Source: Octopus bimaculoides (Eukaryota). From it: 64,000 nt of DNA. Positions within the stretch are counted from its first letter, which is position 1; each line of letters starts with the position of its first letter. The DNA lies in NCBI RefSeq assembly GCF_001194135.2, contig NC_068986.1, positions 51,035,366 through 51,099,365 of the forward strand, in the 5' to 3' direction. The notes beneath the pieces were generated by a model. That model did no database searches. It was not told the DNA's origin and saw only the letters and a program-made list of their open reading frames with translations. This document shows positions 25,401 through 34,996 of the stretch, one piece after another. Both the position numbers and the translations under genes were made by a program.

Positions 25401-28400
25401 GTACCTGTATTTCAAAGGGCCAGCCTTGTCACACTGTGTCACACTGAATATCCCCGAGAACTACGTTAAGGGTACACGTGTCTGTGGAGTGCTCAGCCAC
25501 TTGCACGTTAATTTCACGAGCAGGCTGTTCTGTTGATCGGATCAACTGGAACCCTCGACGTCGTAAGCGACAGAGTGCCAACAACATATATATATATAAA
25601 CAGGCTTTCTTTCATTTTTCTGTGTATCAAATTTACTTTCAAGGCTCAGGGCTAAGTAGAAGACACTTACCCAAAGTGCCATGTACTAGGACTGAACCTG
25701 AAACCATGTGCTTGGGAAGCAAACTTCTTGACTATTTAGCCAAGCTTGCATTACAAGATTAATACTTTTAACTATAGCTATGCTTTATGCTAAGATATCT
25801 TTATGGATACATATCCATATATAATTAGATAATTATTTTGGTCCTGCAACCTCCTTGTTGGATAAGTTTTCCAGTGAAAACGATTGTAGGGAGATTAGAG
25901 AACTTAGCATAATGTTTGTCATAAAGTAATCTACCTTTGGAAGAGAGATGTTTCATTATATTGCCTAGATAGCTTTTAAAGAATTCCTGTGGGTGTGTGT
26001 TATTCTGTATTTTATTTTGTACTGAAATGAAATTACTTGATATGTCAATAAATAAATGTAATAATTTCTTTGCTTTTTCTTGTATGATTAGCCTCTCGAA
26101 AGAGAAGAAATTACATTCTTGACCAAACTAATGTATATCCTTCTGCACGTAAAAGGAAATTGAGATTTTTTGAGGGGTTCTTCAGACGTGCTTGGGTTAT
26201 TGTACCTGAAGATGATGAATTTGAACGTAGGTCACTAAAGCGCACTGTTGAAGATGGTAATATTTATTTCATGCTTCTTTTATTAGCCTTACATTTTGTT
26301 AATAACTTCATTTTATAATCCACTCCTCTGCAAATATGAACATAAATATATATTAGTGTATTACATTACTTTCAACATTATATCAATGTCTTAACCTTAA
26401 AAGTTTTGGGTATTTTTAGATTTTTTGCCCTTTTTATGTGGGGGCTGCAGGTTTGTTAGACCTCAAGATGGGAGTACTTAAGTGTTTCTTGATCGGGAGT
26501 TAACCATACAATGGGGTTTGAATTGAGACTATGAAGCTAAATATATTTCTAGTTTGTTGGTCATTATCAACTTTTACACCATTGTCTGCATAGTGAGGAT
26601 TAAATTAAGGGTACTCAAGACTGTAATAAGAGTATATTATAAACATGCTAGTCACAATTTAAAAAAGAACGACAAAACTTTTAAGCATTTTATAACTTGT
26701 CTTAATACTGTTGGATTTGGGAAATTGTTATGATAAGGAAGTTCTTGAATATCAGTCAGTTATGTTTTCGAGCTAATTCTGGAAATCCACTAATAATTAT
26801 ATCCATTGCCCTTCATGTGCAAAACTGGAACAGCTTATACTATCCTAAACACGATGCTTTATCATCAACCAAAATGTTACTGAAATGTCTCCAAATCTTT
26901 TTTGTTTTGCATTTGCTTTTTTTTTCTCTCCCATTTCTCTTACTCTAGGTAAACATGTTCCAGTTGAAGCTGTCTTGGAAATGAAAGCCAATTTCACTTT
27001 ACCTGACGAGGACGATCCATTGGATTTAATTGAGTTTGTGGAGTTACCTAGGTTATCAGCTTCAACACTTGTGGATGGGTAGGATATATTACACCTTTAA
27101 TCTATTCATATATCTCTGTTGTTACAGCTTGGTTTTTTCATATTACAGCTATTTGTTTTCCATGCTTGCATGTAGAGGAGGTAACCATGTACCTCTTCTA
27201 TAGCAAGATACCTGTTTCTGTCTCTCTGTCACACTCAAACCTTTCATCATCATCATCGTTTAACGTCCGCTTTCCATGCTAGCATAGGTTGGACGATTTG
27301 ACTGAGGACTGGTGAACCAGGTGGTTACACCAGGTTCCAATCTGATTTGGCAGAGTTTCTACAGCTGGATGCCCTTCCTAACGCCAACCACTCCGACACA
27401 AAGCTACTTCCTCCAATGACCCCTCTCCTCTCAAAGGATCTTTGTCTTGCAAGCTACTTGGTGACCCAGCCAGTGCTGGTGCCATGTATAAAGCATTCAG
27501 TCTACACTGTAAAGTGGTTGGCATTTGGAATAGCATCCAGCTGTAAAAACCATGCCAAAACTGACCTCGCTTGTGCTGGTGCCACATAAAAAGCATTCAG
27601 TCCACTCTGTTGGGTGCTAAATCAGACAGAAGTCTGGTGCATTCTTCTGCCTGGCCAACTCCTGTCAAGCCATCCAACCATGCCAGCATGGAAAGCAGAT
27701 GTTAAATGATGATGATGATGATTTGAGACATTTGTTTTTACTTGTACTTATTGCTGAATTTTTAAAATCAAATAATAATCTAGATAAGTCAGCATTTTAA
27801 TGAAAATCCCATTGTGTTTTCTCACCTGTCTAAAAAAATTAAAAGCAATTTCCAATAGTTTGTATCAAAGTGTAGGCATGGCTATGTGGTTAAGAATCTT
27901 GTCTCCCAAATATGTGGCCTCTCATTCAGTTCCCATTGTGCAGCACCTTGGACAAATGTCTTCTCCTATATCCTTAAGCCACCCGAAACCTGGAGTGGAT
28001 TTGGTAGGCAGAAACTGAAAGAAGTTTGTTGTATGTATACATATGTGTGTGTGTGTGAGAGAGAGTACCTTTATCATATGATGGTTGTAAACATGTGGGA
28101 CCTTGAGCAAGCATCTTCTATAGTGTTGGGCTGACCAAAGCCTTGCGAGTGGATTTGGCAGACAGAAACTGAAAGAAGCCTGACATATATATGTATATAT
28201 ATCTGCGTGTGTATGTGTATCTTTATGTTTGTGTTTTTGCCTTCAAAATGACTAGTAAATAACTAATTTAGATAACATTAGTGTTTCACCCAAAAATAAT
28301 CTTGATTTGAAAGTGACCTGAATTTCTCAAATCAAAAACAAGGGAACAACAACCAAAATCTTTATTTTAACTTTACAATATTTGTGTATGAGTGGGTATT

Positions 28401-28612
28401 TATCTTCAATGTTTCATATTTCCAGCTACAGAAAGGAAGGTATTGAAAAACGACCTCCCAAACAACTGGTTTTTCGACATGATACAGCCCAAAAGCATCA
28501 AAATACTTCCACATCTTCATATTCAAGTTCAAACTTAGCTTATTCATTTCCAGTAAGTTCTTTATTATTTTTTCTCCTTTTGTTACATTTTGTTTTACCT
28601 GTAGAAGTGCAT

Positions 28613-28646
<34 letters not shown>

Positions 28647-31600
28647 TGTGATATAATTTTATACACGGGTGTTTATAGAAGTTGGTATTTTGGTCGTTAG
28701 AAATAACTGGAATGTTCATTAGCCAACTTATGGTTCAGCTGTTTAAATACTCATTTACTATACAAAGTGATTTGTTAAAATTCTTATGCAAAAACTGGTT
28801 ACCTAAGGTTCTGGTTACACTTATAACCAATTCCAGTGTGGTGAACTGAAAGCTGTAAGTAAATATATTAGTAAACACTAGTAGAGCTTGGTTAGTAAAC
28901 ACTTAGTAGAGCTTGGTTGTAGTGCTCTAGCTTACCAGCTCCTGTCAAATCATTCAGCCTAAGACAGCATGAAAAATGGATGAAAAATATGGTAATTCTT
29001 CATCATCATTTAGCATTTGCTTTCCATGCTTGCATGGGTTAGACAGTTTGACTGAAACTAGTAAGCCGGAGAGCTGCACCAAGTCCCAGTCTGATTTGAT
29101 ATGGTTTCTACAGCTGGATGCCCTTCTTAATGCCAGCCACTGCAAGAGTGTAATGGGTGCATTTTATGTGTCACCAGTACCAGTTAGGTGACACCAGCAT
29201 TGGCCATGACTGCATTGTTGGGCCTCCATGGGGCCCAACATTCTAAGGGTGCTCTTTACGTGCCAGGTACATGACATCAGCATCAGCCATGACTACAATC
29301 TCACTTGGTTTGACGAGTCTTCTCAAGCATGGCATATTGCCAAAGGTCTTGGTTACTTGTCATCACCTCTGTAAGATAAACAATTGTTGATCGACTTTAG
29401 TTTTCCTCAAATAGTCTTGGTAAAACAGATATAAACATATACTAAACAATTATCTGATACTGAATAAGATTTGACTATCATAATTTAAGTTCTTATCACC
29501 GGGCACAAAATCACCTCCCTCCATACCATTTCCCATCTTTGTTTAGGGGTTTATGTCCTGAAAGTTACTTGATGTCACTGGTGCTGCATAAAAAGCACCC
29601 TGTATACTCTATAAAGGGGTTGGTGTTAAGAAGGGCATCCAGCCATAGAAACTAATTCCAAATCTGACTGTAGAGCTTGGTGCATTCCTCTAGTTTACTA
29701 GCTCCTGTCAAACCGTCCAACTCATGCCAGCATGGAAAATGGACGTTAAATAATGATGATGAAAAATATTGTAATTAGACCACAAAGGTCTGGGTTGTAA
29801 TCTCCTAGGTCAACTTTATCACTGGTGGCAGATCAGTACTTATTATTATGAATCCAGCTTCTTCCTATCCTACTGTACTCTTCTCTCTTCTCATGGCAAT
29901 AGCTAGAACCACCTTACATTGTTTATATTTAAAGGAAAATAACAAAACAAAAAAAAAAAACAGAATTTTAGGAAATATTTTTCAATGTTCATTCTGTCCA
30001 ATTTTGGTTTCATGGAAATACGAGCTTGTTGTTGTTTCTATGGTGTTTGATAGTGTAGATTTCATACTAGTTCAGTCAGCATCTTTGCTTTATACTTCTA
30101 AATTTACATATGACTCTACTGATAATGTAAGAACTATAATACAATGACTAGTTAAAATCTGAAATGTGTTTTTGTGTTGGGAATAAGCCTAACAGATTAG
30201 CATGTATTTGAGTGAAGTAACAGTCTTGAAAGAGTAATTTATAACTTAGTTTGACTATTCTATAAATACTTTCTTGGTTGTTCTACAAAATTGTCTTCTC
30301 TTGTACCTCCTCTTTAGGTTAAGAAGAGTGACTTGTTTTTCTTATTCTCATCCTATCAATGTTGCTGTCCCTTCTTGTTGGAAGTGTTTCTTTCTGTTGT
30401 ATATACCTCGAACATCTGTCTTAGAGAACTCATTGTTTTATTTTCCAGATAAATATGTTTTTTTTGTTTTTTTTTAAATCTTGTGCTGATCATTTTTCTG
30501 ACTTGTTTTAGGAAGCCCCTCATTAAATTTCCTTTTTTCCCCCCTTCTTTTTCTAACTCTCAATCACTAAGAAGTGTTTGCTTGAAGTCTTGCTGATGGT
30601 TGCTTGTCACTTGTTAGTGAGTTTCAATTTAAAAAAAAAAAAATGAAAGCTTTAATTTATGAAATGTAGTTCAACAAAAGAGACCAATTGACTAAGTATC
30701 AGGTTTAAAAAAAAAATAAGTACTGTGGTTAATCCATTCAGCTAAAAATATTTTAATGCAGTGCCCCAGCATGGCCACAGTCTAGTGAATGAAATGAGTA
30801 AAAGATAAAAGATATGAAATAGTTTCATTGTATCATCGTGCAGTGCCCATACCGTACTATGTAAAAGCACCCATATGGTACTACATAAAAGCGCTTGTGT
30901 CATGAAACCACCCAGCACACTCTGTAAAGTGGTTGGCATTAGGAAGAGCATCCAGCTGTAGAAACCTTGCCGATTCAGACTGAAGTTTGGTGCAGCTTCC
31001 CCAGCTTGCAAGCTCTGGTCATACCATCCAACCCATGCCAGCATGGACAACAGACGTTAAATGATGATGATAATGAATTCATCAGTGCAGAATAATTAGT
31101 TTCAAAAGTGTTTTGTTCCACTGTCACATTTTAATTATTAGGCAGTTAGCTGGCAGAATTGTTAACACATGGGACAAAATGCCAAATAATATTTCTTCCA
31201 ACTCATTATGTTCTAAGTTCAAATTCTGCCAGAGTTGACTTAACCTTTTGGGGGAGGGAGATGTCAGTAAACTAAATAGCTGTCAACTACTGGAGTTGAT
31301 GGAATCGATTTACCCACTCTTCTTACGAGGGCCTTGTGCCAAAATTTGAAACTTGATCTGTTTATCTATTTTGCTTCCTTATACAGCGTAGGAGTGGCTG
31401 TGTGGTAAGTAGCTTCCTTATAGGCGTAGGAGTGGCTGTGTGGTAAGTAGCTTGCTTACCAACCACATGGTTCCGGGTTCAGTCCCACTGCGTGGCACAT
31501 TTGGCAAGTGTCTTCTACTATAGCCTCGGGCCGGCCAAAGCCTTGTGAGTGGATTTGGTAGGCGGAAACTGAAAGAAGCCCGTCGTATGTATGTATGTAT

Positions 31601-34600
31601 ATATATGTATGTGTATGTGTATATGTTTGTGTGTCTGTGTTTGTCTCCCCCAACATCGCTTGACAACCAATGCTGGTGTGTTTATGTCCCCGTAACTTAG
31701 CAGTTTGGCAAATGAGACCGATAGAATAAGTACTAGGCTTACAAAGAATAAGTCCTGGGGTCGATTTGCTCGACTAAATGCGGTGCTCCAGCATGGCCAC
31801 AATCAAATGACTGAAACAAGTAAAAGAGTATACCTAAAGTTGTTTATAATGCACGTTCTTTGTTGGCTTCAAAATACTCTGTTCTCTTGTTAGCACAAGT
31901 AGAACAATACATTAGCACTTCTCCCTTGTTTCATATGAGTTTTGCTGCATATGAATTTCTGTGTAGATTTCCTTCTCTTTAACTTCATACTAAGTAAACA
32001 AAGTTTTAGCCTTATGCAAAAGATGTGCAGCTAACAGGTAAGTATCTTTGTTTTTTTTCCATGAAACTGAAGAGGAGCAGCTAATGACACACTTTTTTGG
32101 GATGATTTCTGAAGTGGTTTTGAATTCTACATGCTGCAAAGAATTTCAGTATTTATTGAATTTAAAAATCAGATGCAAAATATTTAAGAATTTGAAATAT
32201 TTGAGAACATTTCTCTCATCTTTAGATAGGATATTTAGCTTGATTGAGTTATGTAATTTTTTTAGTTGTATGTGTGTGTATGTCAGCATGCATTTCAACA
32301 GTTGTGTTTCTTTCTTGTATGCTTGACTCTCCTTCAATATTTCATAGATTATTTTTGTCATTTTGGTTTGTGACACATCATTGACGATGTTTATAACTGT
32401 ATTTAGATAAATCTTTGGTTTGGGTGTGGTATCATAAGGTAAGTTTTCTTATTTGCAAAGTTGTAAAGATTGATTGATAAGGGGAAAATTAAAAAAGATA
32501 ATCTCGCATGATTCTACTTGAGCACAGTCTACATTTGTTCTTTACTTTGCAAAAAGAAAACCCATTTTAATATTTTTAAGAGAAATTAATTTTTGTTTGA
32601 CAATTACGAAGTCTTTATTTAAGTGCTTCTGTCAGTATTTTAAAAATATTTTTTGTTTGTTGCTGTTGTTTTTACATTGTTTTTTTTTTTGCTTTTATAC
32701 AATTCTCCCTGATAAGAACTGTTAAACTTTTCAGGGTCAGAGGAAAGTATCTGATTCCAGTGCTGCAGTATTTACAGCAGCTGTTACTGCTGCTTCAATC
32801 CAACCAGTGGCAGCTGATAACCCTGAAGGGGTCAAAGTCGAAAGTGGGGTAAACAAAAGTCAAACAGACAACGTTGGTTTAGCAACAGGAACACTCTGTG
32901 GGAAAGATTTAAGCCAAGTTGTGAAACAAGAACCAATTGAGAAAGATGTCAATAATAGGAACAATAGTGGTAGTGAGAAAACTGAAGTCAGAGACAAGCC
33001 TAACAACAGTGATGGAAGCCTACAACAGATTTCTGAACAAAATCCTAATAGTAGTTCCTCTCAAACTCAGAATTATGGCTCTCAGGGCCACGATAGTCAA
33101 AATAAAGTTACTTCAAATTATGGGGCTAAGTCAGATGATAAGTCACGGGATGTGAATACTTCAAGGGATAAGCCTCGAGGCAGAGACAGGTCTTGGGATG
33201 ATCACAGTAGAAGGAGCAAATCTAGGGACAAATACCGAAGTAGAGATAGATCTCGAGATAGACGTGGCAGAGATAGGTCAAGAGAAAGAGATAAGAGACA
33301 TGATAGGTACAGGTCTCGTGACAGGTATCGTAGCAGGGATAGTTCTCGAGACAGATACTACAGTAGGGACAGATCTCGAGATAGATATCGAGACTCATAT
33401 AGAAGTAGATATCGAGAAAGGCATCGATCTAGAGAACGGTCTTACGATAGCGACAAGTATCAGAAAAGAGATTGGTCTCAGAACAAATATGATCATGACG
33501 ATTGTCATTCATTTAATGCTGAAAAGCAAGACAATCAATCTTATGATGAACCATACACATACAAACAAAGCACTGAAGGCAAGGAGGCTGCTTTTGCTGT
33601 TGAAAACCAAACTCCTGGCGTAACATACCAATCTGGCTCAAATTTGCCACCAAGTACTGCTTCTGTAAACAAGGAGCAACCATATGGTTTTAATTCTAGT
33701 AACGTTGTTGAACCTTTCAAAGAAACAAACAAATCCAGTGGAAATGACTTCAGGGAGCTTTTTGGAACTCGTGATGTTGATTATAGAGTCCCTTCTTCGT
33801 CTTTGACTTTGAGTAATCAAGGTCCTTCCTCTCTAAACAACCAAACTAATGTCTCCACAGATCTTTCTAAATCTGCTGCCAAACAACCATCACATTTTGC
33901 AAATAACAGTTCTATTAGTAATCCTCAACAATGGCAGACACTGTCTGGTAATTCTTCAAATCCATTAAGCTATGATTCTGCTTATCGGCCGACTCAACAA
34001 TTAGATTCTAGTGTGTATGGCAGCCAGTTTACGTCTACAACTCCTAAAAACTATGTTGAGCCACATAAGAACAGAGAATATTGTGAACCACAAAATACCG
34101 ACATCAGAACTTCTGTACAGGGTTCTAATTATAATACTGTCTTTTATAACAGAGAATCCTCAAATGAGTCTGTGGGAGGTAACGCTTTCCAAACGCGAAA
34201 AATGGATTATTCTTCTAATGTGAATTCTCTTTCTAAAGACAACAAGGCATCTGGCTTCTCATATGAATACCCTACTGCTGTCAGCTGCCAGTCTCAGACC
34301 CCACAACAGATTAATCAAACTCTTCCGCAATCGTCACAATCATCAATTGTCAGTAATAAGTCTGCTTACAATGATGCTACCCCTGATAATATTGCGTTTC
34401 CAGCTGTAAAGGACTGTGATCTTCGGTTTAATCAGGATAGGAATTATATGTCCTATCCCCCTCCATCAATATCTGCCACTGAAACCTTGACCAGGAAAGA
34501 AGTGTTGCCGGATAAAGCTGCTGCTGTTCCAAACAGTTCTTCCACACCCAATTTACCACCAAATAATAGGGAAACCATACAAGACAAAATGTTTGATAAA

Positions 34601-34996
34601 ACAGGAACCAATGCCAGCCAGTATGGAGGGCAGGCAAGTTCAAATAACTGGCAAGCAACTTACAATACAAAACCTGAGTGGAATAATAGAGGCAGTTCTA
34701 GTTCCCTACCAACATATTCCTCTGATACGGTTGCTGGAAATGTGTCTGGGAAAGAAGGCCAGACATCCTTTCTTTATAATTCAAATAAGGATTGTCCACC
34801 ACCAAATTTTAATATAAACCAGTATCCAAATTTCTACACTCAAATGCCACCTTCTAACATGTGGCAGTTACCTCCACCTACACAGGCCCCATTACAAGGC
34901 CTACCTGGATTTATGCTGGGTACAGAAAATCATTTAAATGCTTCTCAAAGCTTTCAAGGAAGTCATTTGCCTCCACCAAATCCTCCTAGATTCTGA
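13238..34996 (+). CDS. HNRNPUL1: hnRNP U-like protein (SPRY + P-loop NTPase + RS/RD low-complexity tail), 11 coding exons, 1271 aa
   Basis: join(13238-13431,14051-14182,17555-17642,18814-18934,20743-20992,22436-22565,24334-24550,26092-26256,26949-27078,28426-28552,32735-34996) = 3816 nt with all phases compatible. Motifs [48 protein letters not shown] and [12 protein letters not shown] match the hnRNP U/UL1 family. The symbol is family-level; orthology is not tested. Confidence 0.93.
14051..14182 (+). CDS. HNRNPUL1: Coding exon 2: start of SPRY region (...[17 protein letters not shown])
   Basis: Long T tract plus CAG acceptor; donor GG|GTAAAG; resembles the family motif xxDxYNxDL. Confidence 0.9.
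14304..15708 (+). mobile_element. 5'-truncated, decayed RTE-clade LINE (RT C-half, 3'UTR, (GAT)n tail)
   Basis: [18 protein letters not shown] (RT motif), [20 protein letters not shown] and GRGRPRKTW; multiple stops. Confidence 0.92.
16472..17063 (+). mobile_element. Young RTE LINE 3' end
   Basis: ORF 16449..16802 contains [11 protein letters not shown]...GRGRPRKTW...QQAK*; intact 3'UTR and (GAT)n tail. Confidence 0.92.
17238..17465. mobile_element. Mariner-derived MITE
   Basis: ~30-bp TIRs TTGGGTTGTCC(A/G)GAAAGTT, TA TSD at 17236-37 and 17466-67, internal mariner C-terminus [17 protein letters not shown]. Confidence 0.88.
17555..17642 (+). CDS. HNRNPUL1: Coding exon 3: SPRY ([29 protein letters not shown])
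   Basis: Family motif EGFxxxWxGARAxYGV; acceptor TTGCAG, donor AAG|GTTCAA. Confidence 0.92.
18814..18934 (+). CDS. HNRNPUL1: Coding exon 4: SPRY ([10 protein letters not shown]...[19 protein letters not shown])
   Basis: [10 protein letters not shown] family motif; donor G|GTGAGT. Confidence 0.95.
20218..20645 (-). mobile_element. Two tandem RTE 3' fragments (young 20218-20480, older 20487-20645)
   Basis: Reverse-complement match to the 16472-17063 tail. Confidence 0.85.
20743..20992 (+). CDS. HNRNPUL1: Coding exon 5: SPRY ([13 protein letters not shown]...[11 protein letters not shown])
   Basis: ORF 20625..20996; [16 protein letters not shown] and LFPHIL motifs; donor CG|GTAAGT. Confidence 0.95.
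21157..21550 (-). mobile_element. Old RTE 3' fragment with ~26-bp minisatellite (GCACCAGCACCAGTGCTTTTAACATG-like)
   Basis: RTE tail signature plus 4-5 tandem units at ~21315-21450. Confidence 0.7.
21755..21965 (+). mobile_element. SINE family C
   Basis: GGCAAGCTGGC head, GAGTTCAAATTC, GCCTTTCATCCTTTCAGGGTCAATAAA-like core. Confidence 0.75.
22436..22565 (+). CDS. HNRNPUL1: Coding exon 6 ([12 protein letters not shown]...GPCKKADCE)
   Basis: VNFGQ and RVRGxxGP motifs; donor GAG|GTAAAT. Confidence 0.93.
23168..24120 (+). mobile_element. Decayed CRE-like (RLE-type) non-LTR retrotransposon C-terminus with a ~370-bp tandem duplication
   Basis: Frames give [42 protein letters not shown] and [13 protein letters not shown], resembling the CRE RHxxLN..KRPDG..KY..FQRxSIAIQRGN series. 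Duplicated units start at ~23168 and ~23538. Confidence 0.65.
24334..24550 (+). CDS. HNRNPUL1: Coding exon 7: P-loop/Walker A ([14 protein letters not shown]...CLNRLFEI)
   Basis: [17 protein letters not shown] and RWEVLIQ motifs; donor AG|GTGAGA. Confidence 0.96.
25337..25585 (+). mobile_element. SINE family B, 3' part (5' end in N gap)
   Basis: Near-identical to 2330-2555. Confidence 0.85.
26092..26256 (+). CDS. HNRNPUL1: Coding exon 8 ([23 protein letters not shown]...KRTVEDG)
   Basis: [11 protein letters not shown] family motif; donor G|GTAATA. Confidence 0.95.
26949..27078 (+). CDS. HNRNPUL1: Coding exon 9 ([20 protein letters not shown]...LVDG)
   Basis: [16 protein letters not shown] motif; donor GG|GTAGGA. 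Confidence 0.94.
27244..27723. mobile_element. Inverted pair of RTE 3' tails (minus 27244-27397, plus 27400-27723)
   Basis: (CAT)n...TTCCATGCTAGC on the left and GCCAGCATGGAAAGCAGATGTTAAA(TGA)n on the right. Confidence 0.8.
28426..28552 (+). CDS. HNRNPUL1: Coding exon 10 ([16 protein letters not shown]...AYSFP)
   Basis: YxxEG motif that follows the NTPase domain; acceptor TTTCCAG, donor CCA|GTAAGT, phases fit. Confidence 0.85.
29000..29762. mobile_element. Inverted pair of old RTE 3' tails (minus 29000-29375, plus ~29490-29762)
   Basis: Same tail signatures in opposite orientation; a short plus tail also sits at ~28920-28985. Confidence 0.7.
30835..31075 (+). mobile_element. RTE 3' tail
   Basis: GTGGTTGGCATTAGGAAG...CATGCCAGCATGGA...GTTAAA(TGA)n. 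Confidence 0.75.
31140..31355 (+). mobile_element. SINE family C, degenerate
   Basis: AGCTGGCAGAAT head ... GGCCTTGTGCCAAAATTTGAAAC tail. Confidence 0.65.
31386..31830 (+). mobile_element. Young SINE family A with duplicated head
   Basis: 30-bp head sequence present at 31386 and 31424; intact body. Confidence 0.9.
32735..34996 (+). CDS. HNRNPUL1: Coding exon 11: 753-aa low-complexity tail with RS/RD repeat (~33143-33470) and S/N/Q/P-rich region
   Basis: Acceptor TTTTCAG at 32734, phase 0, in frame with the 729-aa ORF 32807..34996; a 2.26-kb stop-free frame in AT-rich DNA. Confidence 0.85.
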   Translation, partial: GQRKVSDSSAAVFTAAVTAASIQPVAADNPEGVKVESGVNKSQTDNVGLATGTLCGKDLSQVVKQEPIEKDVNNRNNSGSEKTEVRDKPNNSDGSLQQISEQNPNSSSSQTQNYGSQGHDSQNKVTSNYGAKSDDKSRDVNTSRDKPRGRDRSWDDHSRRSKSRDKYRSRDRSRDRRGRDRSRERDKRHDRYRSRDRYRSRDSSRDRYYSRDRSRDRYRDSYRSRYRERHRSRERSYDSDKYQKRDWSQNKYDHDDCHSFNAEKQDNQSYDEPYTYKQSTEGKEAAFAVENQTPGVTYQSGSNLPPSTASVNKEQPYGFNSSNVVEPFKETNKSSGNDFRELFGTRDVDYRVPSSSLTLSNQGPSSLNNQTNVSTDLSKSAAKQPSHFANNSSISNPQQWQTLSGNSSNPLSYDSAYRPTQQLDSSVYGSQFTSTTPKNYVEPHKNREYCEPQNTDIRTSVQGSNYNTVFYNRESSNESVGGNAFQTRKMDYSSNVNSLSKDNKASGFSYEYPTAVSCQSQTPQQINQTLPQSSQSSIVSNKSAYNDATPDNIAFPAVKDCDLRFNQDRNYMSYPPPSISATETLTRKEVLPDKAAAVPNSSSTPNLPPNNRETIQDKMFDKTGTNASQYGGQASSNNWQATYNTKPEWNNRGSSSSLPTYSSDTVAGNVSGKEGQTSFLYNSNKDCPPPNFNINQYPNFYTQMPPSNMWQLPPPTQAPLQGLPGFMLGTENHLNASQSFQGSHLPPPNPPRF

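Noticed and set aside
33198-33623. 141-aa overlapping ORF (and 32937..33155, 34011..34223, 34593..34817) as dual coding
   Set aside because: Alternative frames of RS repeats and codon-biased exons are often stop-poor; there is no independent start or splice support.
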